Origin: Methanobacteriota archaeon
GTDB taxonomy: Archaea; Thermoplasmatota; Thermoplasmata; Methanomassiliicoccales; UBA472
DNA length: 58,159 nt
Direction of reading: 5' to 3'
NCBI GenBank assembly: GCA_021372335.1
Contig: JAJFUR010000020.1
Span: 1 to 58,159, forward strand
The notes under the pieces are model-generated. The model was not told the origin of the DNA and did not search any database. It saw only the letters and a program-made list of their open reading frames with translations. The position numbers were made by a program, and so were the translations under genes. This document shows, piece by piece, positions 10,052-18,804 of the stretch. Each line of letters starts with the position of its first letter. Positions within the stretch are counted from its first letter, which is position 1.

Positions 10052-11380
10052 TCAGACCAGCTCCTTCAGCCTCTTGGCCTCCTTACCGACCATCTTCATA
10101 GGGCTCTTGAACTCGTCAAGCTTGCCGAACACCTCACCCATGATGAGGGATGTGTTCTCAGCGCTGAAGTACTGCGTACCAGCGTCCAGAGCGCATCCGG
10201 CAGCGATAACGGGCACAACCGTTCCCTTGGCATGCCTGGTAACGACGTGGTTCCCATGGAACAGCCCCGGGCCGCCCCCGCCATAGATCGAGTGGCTGAA
10301 GAAGGACATGCCGACCGAGGTCCCCATGGCCCTCCCATAGTCCACACCGGGCAGGCTCGTCTCGTGCTCGATCAGGTCGTTGTAGTACAGGATCGTGGAT
10401 GGAACGCCCTGCGCAGCCCTTGCGGCACCGATGTTCACGCATATCGCGGCGAGCATACCGGCGGAGATGTAGGCATTCCACAGCGGAAAGTCGTTGGTGG
10501 TGTACTCAACGAATCCGGACGGATACTTCTTACCCTTCTTTATGACCTTGTCCTCCAAGGCGGTCCCGACCACGGAGGCGACGACGTCTCCGACGGTGCC
10601 GGTCTTGCCATTCTCCTTGACCCAGGTATAGACCATGTTGTTGCCGTTCAATCCTTGGTAGGCCAGGGACAGCAGGTGTTGTCTCTCGAAGTTGCCGATG
10701 GCATCGCCCATCTCATAGGCCGCGACGGTCTCATAGATCGAAGACAGAGCGGCCGCGTTCATCGCGTTCCTTCCCGTCAGCATGACTATGTGGTTGGCCA
10801 TGATGTTCCTGAGCGCGTAGCCAGTACCCTCGTTTAACTGCGGAAGGTCCAGGATGGATTTCAGGTTCGAGCCCGCCATACCTATGGTCTGAGGATATCT
10901 GCCCCAAACGGCGGCCTTCACCATCGAGGCCTCGAACATGCCCACATCGAACATGTCGATGATCGCCTCCGTAAGGGCGGCAGCGACGGCGGTGAATCCG
11001 TTGGTGTACTCGGCCCCAGTGTCGATCCTGGCGCTCGGGCACATCGCAACCATCCTCTTCCCGTCCGCCATGACCTTGATCTCGGTGTCATCGTCCTTGG
11101 AGACCTTCAGTGTGTCCTTCAACTTCTTGGCCAGCTTGTCCGCGTTCGCCACTATCGCGAGCTCCATGCCCCTTCCGGGGACGTTCAGTCCACCAACCGC
11201 TCCGGTCTTGAGGCTCTTCTCAATACCCTCGAGGTTGACAGCGATCGTCCTCTTGGTCAGGGAGATGGTTCGCATAATGGCGCCGTTGTTCAACGGACTG
11301 ATGGCGTCCAGAGGCACATCCCTTTCAATCAGCTTGCCTCTGTCGTCATACAAGTCCACTTTGTCCTTGTATTTTGCCAT
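10052..11380 (-). CDS. mcrB: methyl-coenzyme M reductase beta subunit
   Basis: The ORF runs to 11467. The ATG at 11380 ([17 protein letters not shown]..., 443 aa) has a GGAGGT element 8 nt upstream. The N-terminus is typical of McrB. Confidence 0.95.
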   Translation of the reverse strand: MAKYKDKVDLYDDRGKLIERDVPLDAISPLNNGAIMRTISLTKRTIAVNLEGIEKSLKTGAVGGLNVPGRGMELAIVANADKLAKKLKDTLKVSKDDDTEIKVMADGKRMVAMCPSARIDTGAEYTNGFTAVAAALTEAIIDMFDVGMFEASMVKAAVWGRYPQTIGMAGSNLKSILDLPQLNEGTGYALRNIMANHIVMLTGRNAMNAAALSSIYETVAAYEMGDAIGNFERQHLLSLAYQGLNGNNMVYTWVKENGKTGTVGDVVASVVGTALEDKVIKKGKKYPSGFVEYTTNDFPLWNAYISAGMLAAICVNIGAARAAQGVPSTILYYNDLIEHETSLPGVDYGRAMGTSVGMSFFSHSIYGGGGPGLFHGNHVVTRHAKGTVVPVIAAGCALDAGTQYFSAENTSLIMGEVFGKLDEFKSPMKMVGKEAKRLKELV

Positions 11381-11493
11381 TTTATACCTCCTTTTCAATA
11401 GCTCGGTCCCCTCAAGTAGATTCAGCATCGATCTTGAGAAAACCGGTACCCCTTGCGGACTCGACAATGTTAAGTTAGAATATAAGCTTGATG

Positions 11494-11514
11494 ATGGATG
11501 GATAATCCATCCAT
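11494..11514. promoter_or_regulatory. perfect palindrome ATGGATGGAT-A-ATCCATCCAT upstream of mcrB
   Basis: Read directly. It lies 114 bp upstream of the mcrB ATG. On the mcr strand a TATA-like CTTATATTC (11478-11486) lies just downstream of it. Confidence 0.6.
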
Positions 11515-11519
11515 GTTAA

Positions 11520-11663
11520 ACAATAGCTTAATTTGAGTCGTGTTCCAGACAAAAATGCATCTGTTTTAACATCCTAAATTTTTTTTAATATTATTTATAG
11601 TTAATATAAATAATGTTTCATTATTAATTTATTTTTCAATTGTTCTTATAATATTGATCCCCG
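11520..11663. promoter_or_regulatory. AT-rich island between tfuA and the mcr operon
   Basis: About 145 bp that are visibly more than 75% A+T within a GC-rich genome. It contains several TATA-like runs and a T8 tract. Confidence 0.4.
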
Positions 11664-12302
11664 TCATTCGCTCATCTTTTTTAGATGTCTCAGGACGGCT
11701 ATTGCGTCCTCCTTCTTAACATCTCGGTAGTTCTCCGCGAAAAACCGGTCGAAACCCTCCGCCCTAATGTCCCCAAGGACCTCCCTTGCGATGCCGAGGA
11801 AGGCGGGGATGGTCCTCCTGGGATAATAGAGGGAGCGAAGGCGGCCCAGCATCGCTCCTCTCTCTCCATCGGAAATCGCGCCATGGCTGAGCGCCTCGTC
11901 CAGAAGGCAACGGAGGTTCACCATTGGTTCCGAAAGGGGCTGTAAGGTTTCGGGATCGAAGACTAGGGCGACCTCGTCATCCCCCTCGATCGTTCCCGTC
12001 GAATAGAGTTCGTAGATCCTTCCCACGCCAATCATTCCATAGGGTCTCAGCTCAGCGGCTCGCAGGGCCCCCATGCTCCCACCGCCGACAACGCCCACGC
12101 CGCGGTTCAGGAGGGCCATGATCTCACGGTGCCCTACGGAGCAATGCTGAAGGAAGACACCGTCTATGATGCCGATCAACCTAGCGCCCGCCACATGGCC
12201 TAGGTCTCCCCGCTTCACCGGAGGGCGGTAGTCCGCATCTAGGATCTCGTATGCCTCCTGCCAAGGGAGGCTTGGCCCCAGGAATACCACTGGCCGGGTC
12301 AT
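11664..12302 (-). CDS. tfuA: TfuA-like protein (partner of YcaO in thioamidation)
   Basis: 212 aa. The N-terminus RPVVFLGPSLPWQEAYEILDADYRPPVKRGDL is typical of TfuA. It shares a 4-nt ATGA overlap with ycaO. Confidence 0.85.
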   Translation of the reverse strand: MTRPVVFLGPSLPWQEAYEILDADYRPPVKRGDLGHVAGARLIGIIDGVFLQHCSVGHREIMALLNRGVGVVGGGSMGALRAAELRPYGMIGVGRIYELYSTGTIEGDDEVALVFDPETLQPLSEPMVNLRCLLDEALSHGAISDGERGAMLGRLRSLYYPRRTIPAFLGIAREVLGDIRAEGFDRFFAENYRDVKKEDAIAVLRHLKKMSE

Positions 12303-13492
12303 GCGCCCAGCCTTGGACCTGTCCGGTCCATGTCCATTGCGTAGATCTCCATCCCCGGGATCACCATGCGCACGACCGGAATCCCTAGTTCTGGGCGGGT
12401 AAGGTCGACCGCTATCACCCTCTCGAAGCCGAGAGAGTCCAGGCGTTCGAGGACGACCTCGATGTCCTCCAAAAGGTCCTTGGTATCGCGCTCAGGGAAG
12501 CTGGACAGGGGAACCTCCTTGGATGGGGAAAAGTACATCGCGTTCAGCCGTTTCATCCTCTCATAGCCCACCGTCCGGTTCAGGTCCGCCTTTACGGTGT
12601 CCTCCCTGGCCCCATGGATCTGCGTGCATCGGCTCTGCGCCACCTCGGTGAGGGCGCGGATGGCCGCTACCCTGGGACTGAGATGGGTCCCTACGCCCAG
12701 GTTCAACAGGGCTGGGTCCTTCAGGCGCACATCGTCCGCCGCGGCCGCAATGGTTGGGACCCCGACATCGCTTGTGAGGTCCTTAAGATGCACGTCCACC
12801 CCCTGCGCATGGAACTTCTCCAATAGCTCCGAGACGACTGGGCAGCCCTCCTCCACTTGGATATCGTTCAAAGGCCTCCTCCTAGCTTCGCATATGGACC
12901 AGGCATCTCGTTCGATGACCTCGCAGATGCCGTGCAGGACCGCTTCCTCAATGGTGTTCCCGGACGCCAGGCCGTTGGTGTTGCTCCTGAAGAGCTGCAG
13001 GTCGCTCTGGGACTGATAGGGATGGAATACGGCGGCCGCCGGGACCCAGATCTCCTCGCCCTCCATAAGGTCGAACCCCTTGATCCATGCGATCGGATGG
13101 TAGTGCACGTGCACGTTGATCATCTGCGGCAGGATCAGGGCCCGCGGGTCCACGGCGTTCTCCGAGGACAGCATGTCGTCCATCAACTCCCTGCGAAGCT
13201 TATCGTCGTGGTACTCGGCCGAGTACCTTTCCATCGCCTCCATGATCGCGGAAACCTTGGCCTGTTCTCGGCTCGCCCCCTTGCCGTTGTAAATCGAAAT
13301 CGCCCCCTCCTTCGCCCCCGGACGAATGCTGGAGAAGACCGGGATCCCTATGCGGTCGAGGTCGGTTATATCCGCCACGCGCGTAATGCCGGCCTTAGGA
13401 AGTAGGGGCTCCACCCTCCTCAGCGTCGCCTTCGGGCCTATGGCGCGATGGCCGTCCTTGGTGTAGGTCTTGGGGACCGGTCGCAGTTCCAT
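12299..13492 (-). CDS. ycaO: YcaO-family protein (McrA glycine thioamidation type)
   Basis: 397 aa. YcaO-like blocks include AMERYSAEY and TNGLASGNTIEEA. It is translationally coupled to tfuA and sits directly upstream of mcr. Confidence 0.85.
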   Translation of the reverse strand: MELRPVPKTYTKDGHRAIGPKATLRRVEPLLPKAGITRVADITDLDRIGIPVFSSIRPGAKEGAISIYNGKGASREQAKVSAIMEAMERYSAEYHDDKLRRELMDDMLSSENAVDPRALILPQMINVHVHYHPIAWIKGFDLMEGEEIWVPAAAVFHPYQSQSDLQLFRSNTNGLASGNTIEEAVLHGICEVIERDAWSICEARRRPLNDIQVEEGCPVVSELLEKFHAQGVDVHLKDLTSDVGVPTIAAAADDVRLKDPALLNLGVGTHLSPRVAAIRALTEVAQSRCTQIHGAREDTVKADLNRTVGYERMKRLNAMYFSPSKEVPLSSFPERDTKDLLEDIEVVLERLDSLGFERVIAVDLTRPELGIPVVRMVIPGMEIYAMDMDRTGPRLGA

Positions 13493-13529
13493 GGTGAGGA
13501 GGGAACCGTGCGAGAGGGATTAAGGTTTT

Positions 13530-14018
13530 TCATCCCCTTTCCTTGGACTCGTGGGCATCGGTCATGGGAAGCGCCAGGTCGAACATCGCGTCCTCGTTGA
13601 TCGGAATCCTCTCGATGAGGATGTCCACCTCCACCCTTTGAACGTTAGGGATGCCGACAATCTTGTCCTGGATCAGGTCATAGAGCGCGTCAACGCTGGT
13701 AGAGTAGACCTCGCAAATGAGAGAATGGTCCCCGAACACCTTGTAGGCATATTGAATGCCAGGGAATCTCTTCAGTTCCTCTATGACCGCACTGAGAGGC
13801 CCCCCCACCACCTGCAGGGCGATCAGGGCTCTCATCAACCCGAGCTTTCCGATGTTCACCCGCATGGTGTATGCGTTGACGTACCCCTCCTCTTCCAATC
13901 GGGCGATACGCCTGCTCACCGTGGCCTTGGAAATACCAAGCTGGTCCCCGATGGTCCCCAGGCTTTCCCTAGCGTTCTTCCTTAATAACCTGAGGATCCG
14001 AAGGTCGATGAGGTCCAT
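13530..14018 (-). CDS. Lrp/AsnC-family transcriptional regulator
   Basis: The ORF runs to 14129. ATG 14018 gives 162 aa. It has an HTH segment (DLRILRLLRKNARESLGTIGDQLGISKATVSRRIARLEEEGYV) followed by a RAM-like C-terminus. Confidence 0.85.
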   Translation of the reverse strand: MDLIDLRILRLLRKNARESLGTIGDQLGISKATVSRRIARLEEEGYVNAYTMRVNIGKLGLMRALIALQVVGGPLSAVIEELKRFPGIQYAYKVFGDHSLICEVYSTSVDALYDLIQDKIVGIPNVQRVEVDILIERIPINEDAMFDLALPMTDAHESKERG

Positions 14019-14082
14019 GGCATTTCCTGCAAATCGGTTACATAGATACGATTGGCTGATGCAATATATGGACCTTTGTTTC

Positions 14083-14107
14083 AAAAAACGATGAAAAATA
14101 AAAAAAA
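14083..14107 (-). terminator. clustered oligo-T tracts after the DUF169 gene
   Basis: A6, A5 and A8 runs on the plus strand are T-runs on the coding strand. They lie 18-43 nt downstream of the stop at 14126. Confidence 0.35.
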
Positions 14108-14125
14108 CGTTGAGCGGTAAGGTTC

Positions 14126-14866
14126 TCATCCGCTCTTGATCTTACCCTTTTCCCGGGCGGGTTTAAGCCTTTGCAAGGCTTGGACGATCGCCTCGAGCTT
14201 GGTCGCAGGGATGCCTACCAGCATCTCGGTGGGCTCTAGGTCGGTCGCTTTGCGGCACCCATAGCATCCTATGGACACGCTGAGCGTGCCGGTGAGGTAT
14301 GGATATACGGTGGAATAGGCGCAGCTCGCCTGGAACGTTTCCATCTCAATGAGCATCTTGCCGCCCTCGAAGTATTTGGCTGCGACCGGTACAAGCCAAT
14401 AGAGCTGCTCTGGGGTCCCGGTGACGATCACCACATCCGGGGGTATCTCCGCCTTGCTGAGCGGGGACACCGCGGTAGCGATGACGTCCCCCATCTCCAG
14501 TTGGGGGCGCTCCTCTATCATTCTCCTCGCCGCTTCCTGGTTGGCGAACATGCCCAGGTTGAAGTGGAACTCCCCGCTCCTCACCTTGTCCGGGATGGGC
14601 ACCATCCCGAGCGCCGAGGCGCCCACATGGCACGCGTGCTTATCCGGTGTCAGCAGCAGCTTCTCCCCTTTCCTGGCCCTCATGACGGACTGGCAATGGC
14701 GTATGTTCTTTTCCGGGATCTCGTACCCCTTGGGCAACTGTTGCCCCTTCCTCACCAGTGTGACGGCTACTGGCTCTGTCTTCAGTTCTAGCACGTCCAT
14801 GATGATGCGGGAACAGTTGGCGTAATCGGTCATGATGATATCGAGGGGGTTGCTGGTTTTTAACAT
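14126..14866 (-). CDS. DUF169-like protein
   Basis: 246 aa. The overall pattern (LELKTEPVAVTL...HCQSVMRARKGE...ACHVGASALG...) matches my memory of DUF169 proteins. Confidence 0.65.
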   Translation of the reverse strand: MLKTSNPLDIIMTDYANCSRIIMDVLELKTEPVAVTLVRKGQQLPKGYEIPEKNIRHCQSVMRARKGEKLLLTPDKHACHVGASALGMVPIPDKVRSGEFHFNLGMFANQEAARRMIEERPQLEMGDVIATAVSPLSKAEIPPDVVIVTGTPEQLYWLVPVAAKYFEGGKMLIEMETFQASCAYSTVYPYLTGTLSVSIGCYGCRKATDLEPTEMLVGIPATKLEAIVQALQRLKPAREKGKIKSG

Positions 14867-14922
14867 TTATTGTATTCCCTTTTATTATTCGATTGGTAAT
14901 TGAAGAAGGACCATCAGGGCCG

Positions 14923-15747
14923 TTAATCGATCGAGCACGCCCAGCGGTCGTAGAAGAGGTCCCGCTCGTTCTCGAAGACCCGGGGCCTCCTTCCCCTGGC
15001 CTCCGCCCAGGCCCTTAGCTGCTCCGCCTCTTCCTGGGTGCCGACGGTCGCCAGAACGTGGTCGGCTATCCGAAGCACCTGGTCGAAGATCCTTTCCCAC
15101 ATCCACGCATTTCCTGGACCGATGTTCCCTGCCATCAGCAATATTGCGTAGGACGCCCTCTCCAAGTATTGGGAGGCCTTCATGGCATCGAGCTGGACAG
15201 TGCTCCAGGTCTTCAACCGGCCCTTTCGGAGGCCTGACGAGAGCAATGCCTGGTCAACGTCGAAGGCAAAGGACTGCAGTCCCACTTTGGATAAGGCCAG
15301 GCTTCCCACCCCGGAACCGCAGCAGCAATCGTAGCAGAGTTCGCCGGGCCTGAAGTCCCATTCCTTCCAGATGAGGTCCGAGACCTTCTTCGCCCTGTCC
15401 TCGGGCACGTCCTCCATGGCCGGCTCCACCTCGTCCAGTAATCTTCTGGAGAAGTGGTCGCACACCGCCTCGCGGTACGTTCTCGTGTCACACGTATACA
15501 CCTTCAGGTCCAGCTCGGGAAGGGCCTCGATCAGCTCGTCCGAAGGCTCCTTCCATAGGAAGCTTACCGCCTTCCAGCCGTTGTCCTCCCTGGCCATGGC
15601 CAAGGGCCTTTCGTCATGGCTGACGAGGAGCCGGACCTCCCGAGAGCCGCGCAGCATGTGCGCCAGGAACCTCTCGTTGCTCAGTTCCTCGAAGGTCCCC
15701 TCTATCAGTTCCAGGTCGTCCAGTTCGAAAAGCTCGCACAGCGCCAT
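14923..15747 (-). CDS. class I SAM-dependent methyltransferase with an unassigned 130-aa N-terminal domain
   Basis: 274 aa. Motif I is YDCCCGSGVGSLAL, followed by an acidic loop (FAFDVD). Confidence 0.65.
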   Translation of the reverse strand: MALCELFELDDLELIEGTFEELSNERFLAHMLRGSREVRLLVSHDERPLAMAREDNGWKAVSFLWKEPSDELIEALPELDLKVYTCDTRTYREAVCDHFSRRLLDEVEPAMEDVPEDRAKKVSDLIWKEWDFRPGELCYDCCCGSGVGSLALSKVGLQSFAFDVDQALLSSGLRKGRLKTWSTVQLDAMKASQYLERASYAILLMAGNIGPGNAWMWERIFDQVLRIADHVLATVGTQEEAEQLRAWAEARGRRPRVFENERDLFYDRWACSID

Positions 15748-15843
15748 GGTAGAGTGGTAACGGAGTTCGAAATATTAAAAAACTGGTCGAGGAGGGCGAT
15801 GAGCCGCAAAGCGATAAATAGCGTCATTCACTCCCCCTGAAGG

Positions 15844-16836
15844 ATGAGGCTTCAGCCTAGGCAGGACTGGGACCTGTGGGCGATCATCTCCCTGTCCCTG
15901 CTCCTCATAGTGGTGATATACGCGTTTCCGGGGAGCGCCGCTCGGATTGTATTAGGGCTCCCCTTCATCCTGTTCTTTCCCGGCTATGCCGCACTGTCGG
16001 TGCTGTTCCCGGAGGGCAAGGACCTTGAGATCATAGAGCGGATCGCCCTTTCCTTCGGCCTCAGCATCGCCATATCCCCCTTGGTCGGCTTCGGTCTGAA
16101 CTACACCCCCTTCGGGATCAGGCTCGCCCCGATACTGTTCTCCTTGGCATCGCTCAACGTGGCGTTGAGTGTCCTGGGCCTCTACCGTCGGGAACGCGCT
16201 CAATCCCCATACCTCCCATTCGACCCCGTCGCGACCTGGAAAAGATACTTTGGCCAGTTCAAGGCCGAGAAGGGACTGGACAAGGCGCTGACCATCGTCC
16301 TTGTCATCTCGATCCTGTCCTCGGTGGTCGCCCTGGTCTACGTCGTGGCCGTCCCCCGGCAGGGAGAGAGCTTCACGGAGTTCTACATCCTAGGACCGAG
16401 CGGGAATGCCACTGACTATCCCAGGAACCTAACGGTCGGGGAGGACGCGTCGGTCATCATAGGCATAGCCAACCACGAGCACCGCACCGTGACGTACACC
16501 GTGGAGCTATGGCTCGTCAACATGAGCTTCGAAAACAATGTGACCAACGTGCACGCCATGTACTTCTTTGATTCCTTCAACGTCACGCTGGAGCATACCG
16601 ATGTGGACCTCGAGGGGGAATGGCAGCCTCAATGGGAGCGTCCGTACCATTTCAACGTCTCCGTCGAAGGTAATTTCAAGCTCTGGTTCCTGCTCTATAA
16701 GGACGAGGCGCCCTCACTTCCATTTCCTCCCGCCTACATGATGGACTATACAGGCACCTCCGCCGAGGAGCGGATCGTGGCGGCCGTGGAGAACAAGGTG
16801 CAGAGCCTGAACCTGAACCTGCGGATCGGCGAATGA
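15844..16836 (+). CDS. membrane protein, DUF1616-like
   Basis: 330 aa. It has 4-5 N-terminal TM helices, then a soluble domain with several N-x-S/T sequons (NATD, NLTV, NMSF, NVTN, NVTL, NVSV). Confidence 0.6.
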   Translation: MRLQPRQDWDLWAIISLSLLLIVVIYAFPGSAARIVLGLPFILFFPGYAALSVLFPEGKDLEIIERIALSFGLSIAISPLVGFGLNYTPFGIRLAPILFSLASLNVALSVLGLYRRERAQSPYLPFDPVATWKRYFGQFKAEKGLDKALTIVLVISILSSVVALVYVVAVPRQGESFTEFYILGPSGNATDYPRNLTVGEDASVIIGIANHEHRTVTYTVELWLVNMSFENNVTNVHAMYFFDSFNVTLEHTDVDLEGEWQPQWERPYHFNVSVEGNFKLWFLLYKDEAPSLPFPPAYMMDYTGTSAEERIVAAVENKVQSLNLNLRIGE

Positions 16837-17151
16837 TACTGTTACGCCAAGGTGCAGCCTGGCGCATCCGTCCTTAGGGGCGTCCTGATAATGCCCCTGC
16901 CTGGACTGCGTTGGGTTTATTCGCTTGAGCCATCAGTATGCCGGCCACTCCCCTCGTTTGGCAGCTGAGCCTACGGACCTCCTCCATCAGCTCCCTGAGC
17001 CCTTTGAGCTCCATAAGCCGTCCGTTCACTAGGAGCGCTTCGCTTTCATTGAAAGGAATCGGACTGTCAGGGCCAGCATGGCCCGGCACCGTTACCGCTC
17101 ATCAAGGATGAAGGATGAAAAGGGGAGAAAAAAGGTTTGCGCACTGCAGGC

Positions 17152-17877
17152 CTAAAGGAAATAGAAGCGGGTCCCGTAGGTCACGCAGACGTTCCCCATC
17201 CTCTCCAGGCGGTCCAGAACCCCTGTGTACCGGCGGACCATCACCTTGCCCTCCTCAGGCAGTCTCTCCCGCAGGACCTTGACCTCCTCCAGGAGCCTGG
17301 CGGCATCCTCGACCGAGAACACCTTCCGCCCCTCGATGGCGGAAGGGACGCTGGCGACCGTGGCGCAATTATGCTTCTGCGCTATCCCTGGCAAGGCGCT
17401 GTTCTCGGGACCGAAGGTCCCCATGCATCCCCGGCCCTCGTCCCAGGACAGCGGACACTTGGCGCAGGTGGCTGCCATTTCGTCGAAGGAGAGCATGTCC
17501 CAGCCGGTGAGCCGATCGTCCTTCCCGGCCCTTTCCATGAGCGCGGGCAGGCGATCCGCGGGCACCCTGTCCAATGCTATCCAGCCGGTGTAGCGTTTGC
17601 GGCCTTCGGCGGCCAGCAACTGCCGGTCCGCCTCGTTCTTGACCTTGTCCAGGTACACCATCTCCATCTCTGGGTCCAGCCTGTTCCTTTTCAAGAACGC
17701 CTCCCACTCCGCGCCAAGGACCTGCATGGCCCGGTCAAGCGGCACCACGATATCATACTCCGCGAGGTCCTCGAAGCCCGAGACGTCCTTCAGGTTGACC
17801 TTGAGCAGCTGGGCCTTGCCTACCTTGCATAGGGCGCTGTCGCTGTCCAGTTCGCATATGGCCATTGAGACTCCCAT
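17152..17877 (-). CDS. hypothetical protein
   Basis: 241 aa. GAAGGGA lies 7 nt upstream of the ATG. It has a Cys cluster (CAKCPLSWDEGRGC). It is divergent from the MtrA-like gene. TAG stop. Confidence 0.55.
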   Translation of the reverse strand: MGVSMAICELDSDSALCKVGKAQLLKVNLKDVSGFEDLAEYDIVVPLDRAMQVLGAEWEAFLKRNRLDPEMEMVYLDKVKNEADRQLLAAEGRKRYTGWIALDRVPADRLPALMERAGKDDRLTGWDMLSFDEMAATCAKCPLSWDEGRGCMGTFGPENSALPGIAQKHNCATVASVPSAIEGRKVFSVEDAARLLEEVKVLRERLPEEGKVMVRRYTGVLDRLERMGNVCVTYGTRFYFL

Positions 17878-18035
17878 TTTACATCCCTTCTGCCGCGTAG
17901 TACAAAAAGGGCTGTATTTATCGCTTCCCTTCGTAACGTTGAAATTGGGGCTCGCGGGACCCGATGGTCCTTAAGGGAACGTGACAAGGGGACGTTCTAT
18001 ATATTCTTGAAATCGGATTTGTACTGGGAGCGACC

Positions 18036-18803
18036 ATGGAAGGGACGAACGCGTGGCCGGTGGTCAGTGGGGACTACGTCCTGGGGAACGAAGCCTCGCC
18101 GGTGGCGGTGCTCATAGTGGGCAGGGGGGCGGTGGACGTCCCGAAGGACCTCTTCTGCATAAAGGGCATACTGAAGACAGAGAACATCGGGCTCGAGAAG
18201 GTGATCGCCAACATCGTCTCCAACCCGCGCATCCGGCTCCTTGTCCTCTGCGGCAGGGAGGAGTTCGGGCACTTTCCCGGGGAGGCGATCCACGCGCTCA
18301 TGGCCCACGGGGTCGACGAGCACAAACGCATCAGGAACACCAGATCGGCCATCCCCTTCCTGTGCGATCTTCCGTTCGAGGCCATCGAACGCTTCCGGCA
18401 ACAGGTGGAACTGGTGGACATCATGGACGCCTCTCCGGCCAAGGAGATCGCGGCGTACGACCCTATCTATGAGTTCGACGAGGAAGGGCGGGGGCGGTTG
18501 GTGAGCACGTTGAGGACACTTGCGGAGCAGCCCCTTGAGCCGTTCCCGGAGGAGGCTGTAATAGTCCGCTCCAAGGCCCTTGCCGGTGAGGGGGGAAGCA
18601 TTGCCACCCAGTTGCACCTGGCCTCGGATGATTTCATCACCCCTATGCTCCGCCTGCCCTCGGATGGGCTGAACACAGGAATGGGCATGGTCCTGGTCTC
18701 CGAGGAGTTCGGGGTGGTCCTAGAGCCCCTGCGAGGGAAGGTGCTGACCGTCCCGTCCGTTGAGCTGGCCTTGCGATTGCGCTCCTATCTCATGGGGGTG
18801 TGA
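18036..18803 (+). CDS. soluble MtrA-like corrinoid protein (MtxA-like)
   Basis: 255 aa. WPVVSGDYVLGN, KTENIGLEKVIANIVSNPRIRLLVLCGREEFGHFPGEAIHAL and AIERFRQQVELVD align with MtrA, including the His of the cobalt-ligand region. There is no C-terminal TM helix. Confidence 0.8.
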   Translation: MEGTNAWPVVSGDYVLGNEASPVAVLIVGRGAVDVPKDLFCIKGILKTENIGLEKVIANIVSNPRIRLLVLCGREEFGHFPGEAIHALMAHGVDEHKRIRNTRSAIPFLCDLPFEAIERFRQQVELVDIMDASPAKEIAAYDPIYEFDEEGRGRLVSTLRTLAEQPLEPFPEEAVIVRSKALAGEGGSIATQLHLASDDFITPMLRLPSDGLNTGMGMVLVSEEFGVVLEPLRGKVLTVPSVELALRLRSYLMGV

Positions 18804-18804
18804 C

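Noticed and set aside
16874-17089. 71-aa minus-strand ORF between the DUF1616 gene and the 241-aa hypothetical gene
   Set aside because: The composition is plausibly coding, but there is no family resemblance, no clear SD or promoter and an uncertain start. The support is not sufficient to report it as a feature.
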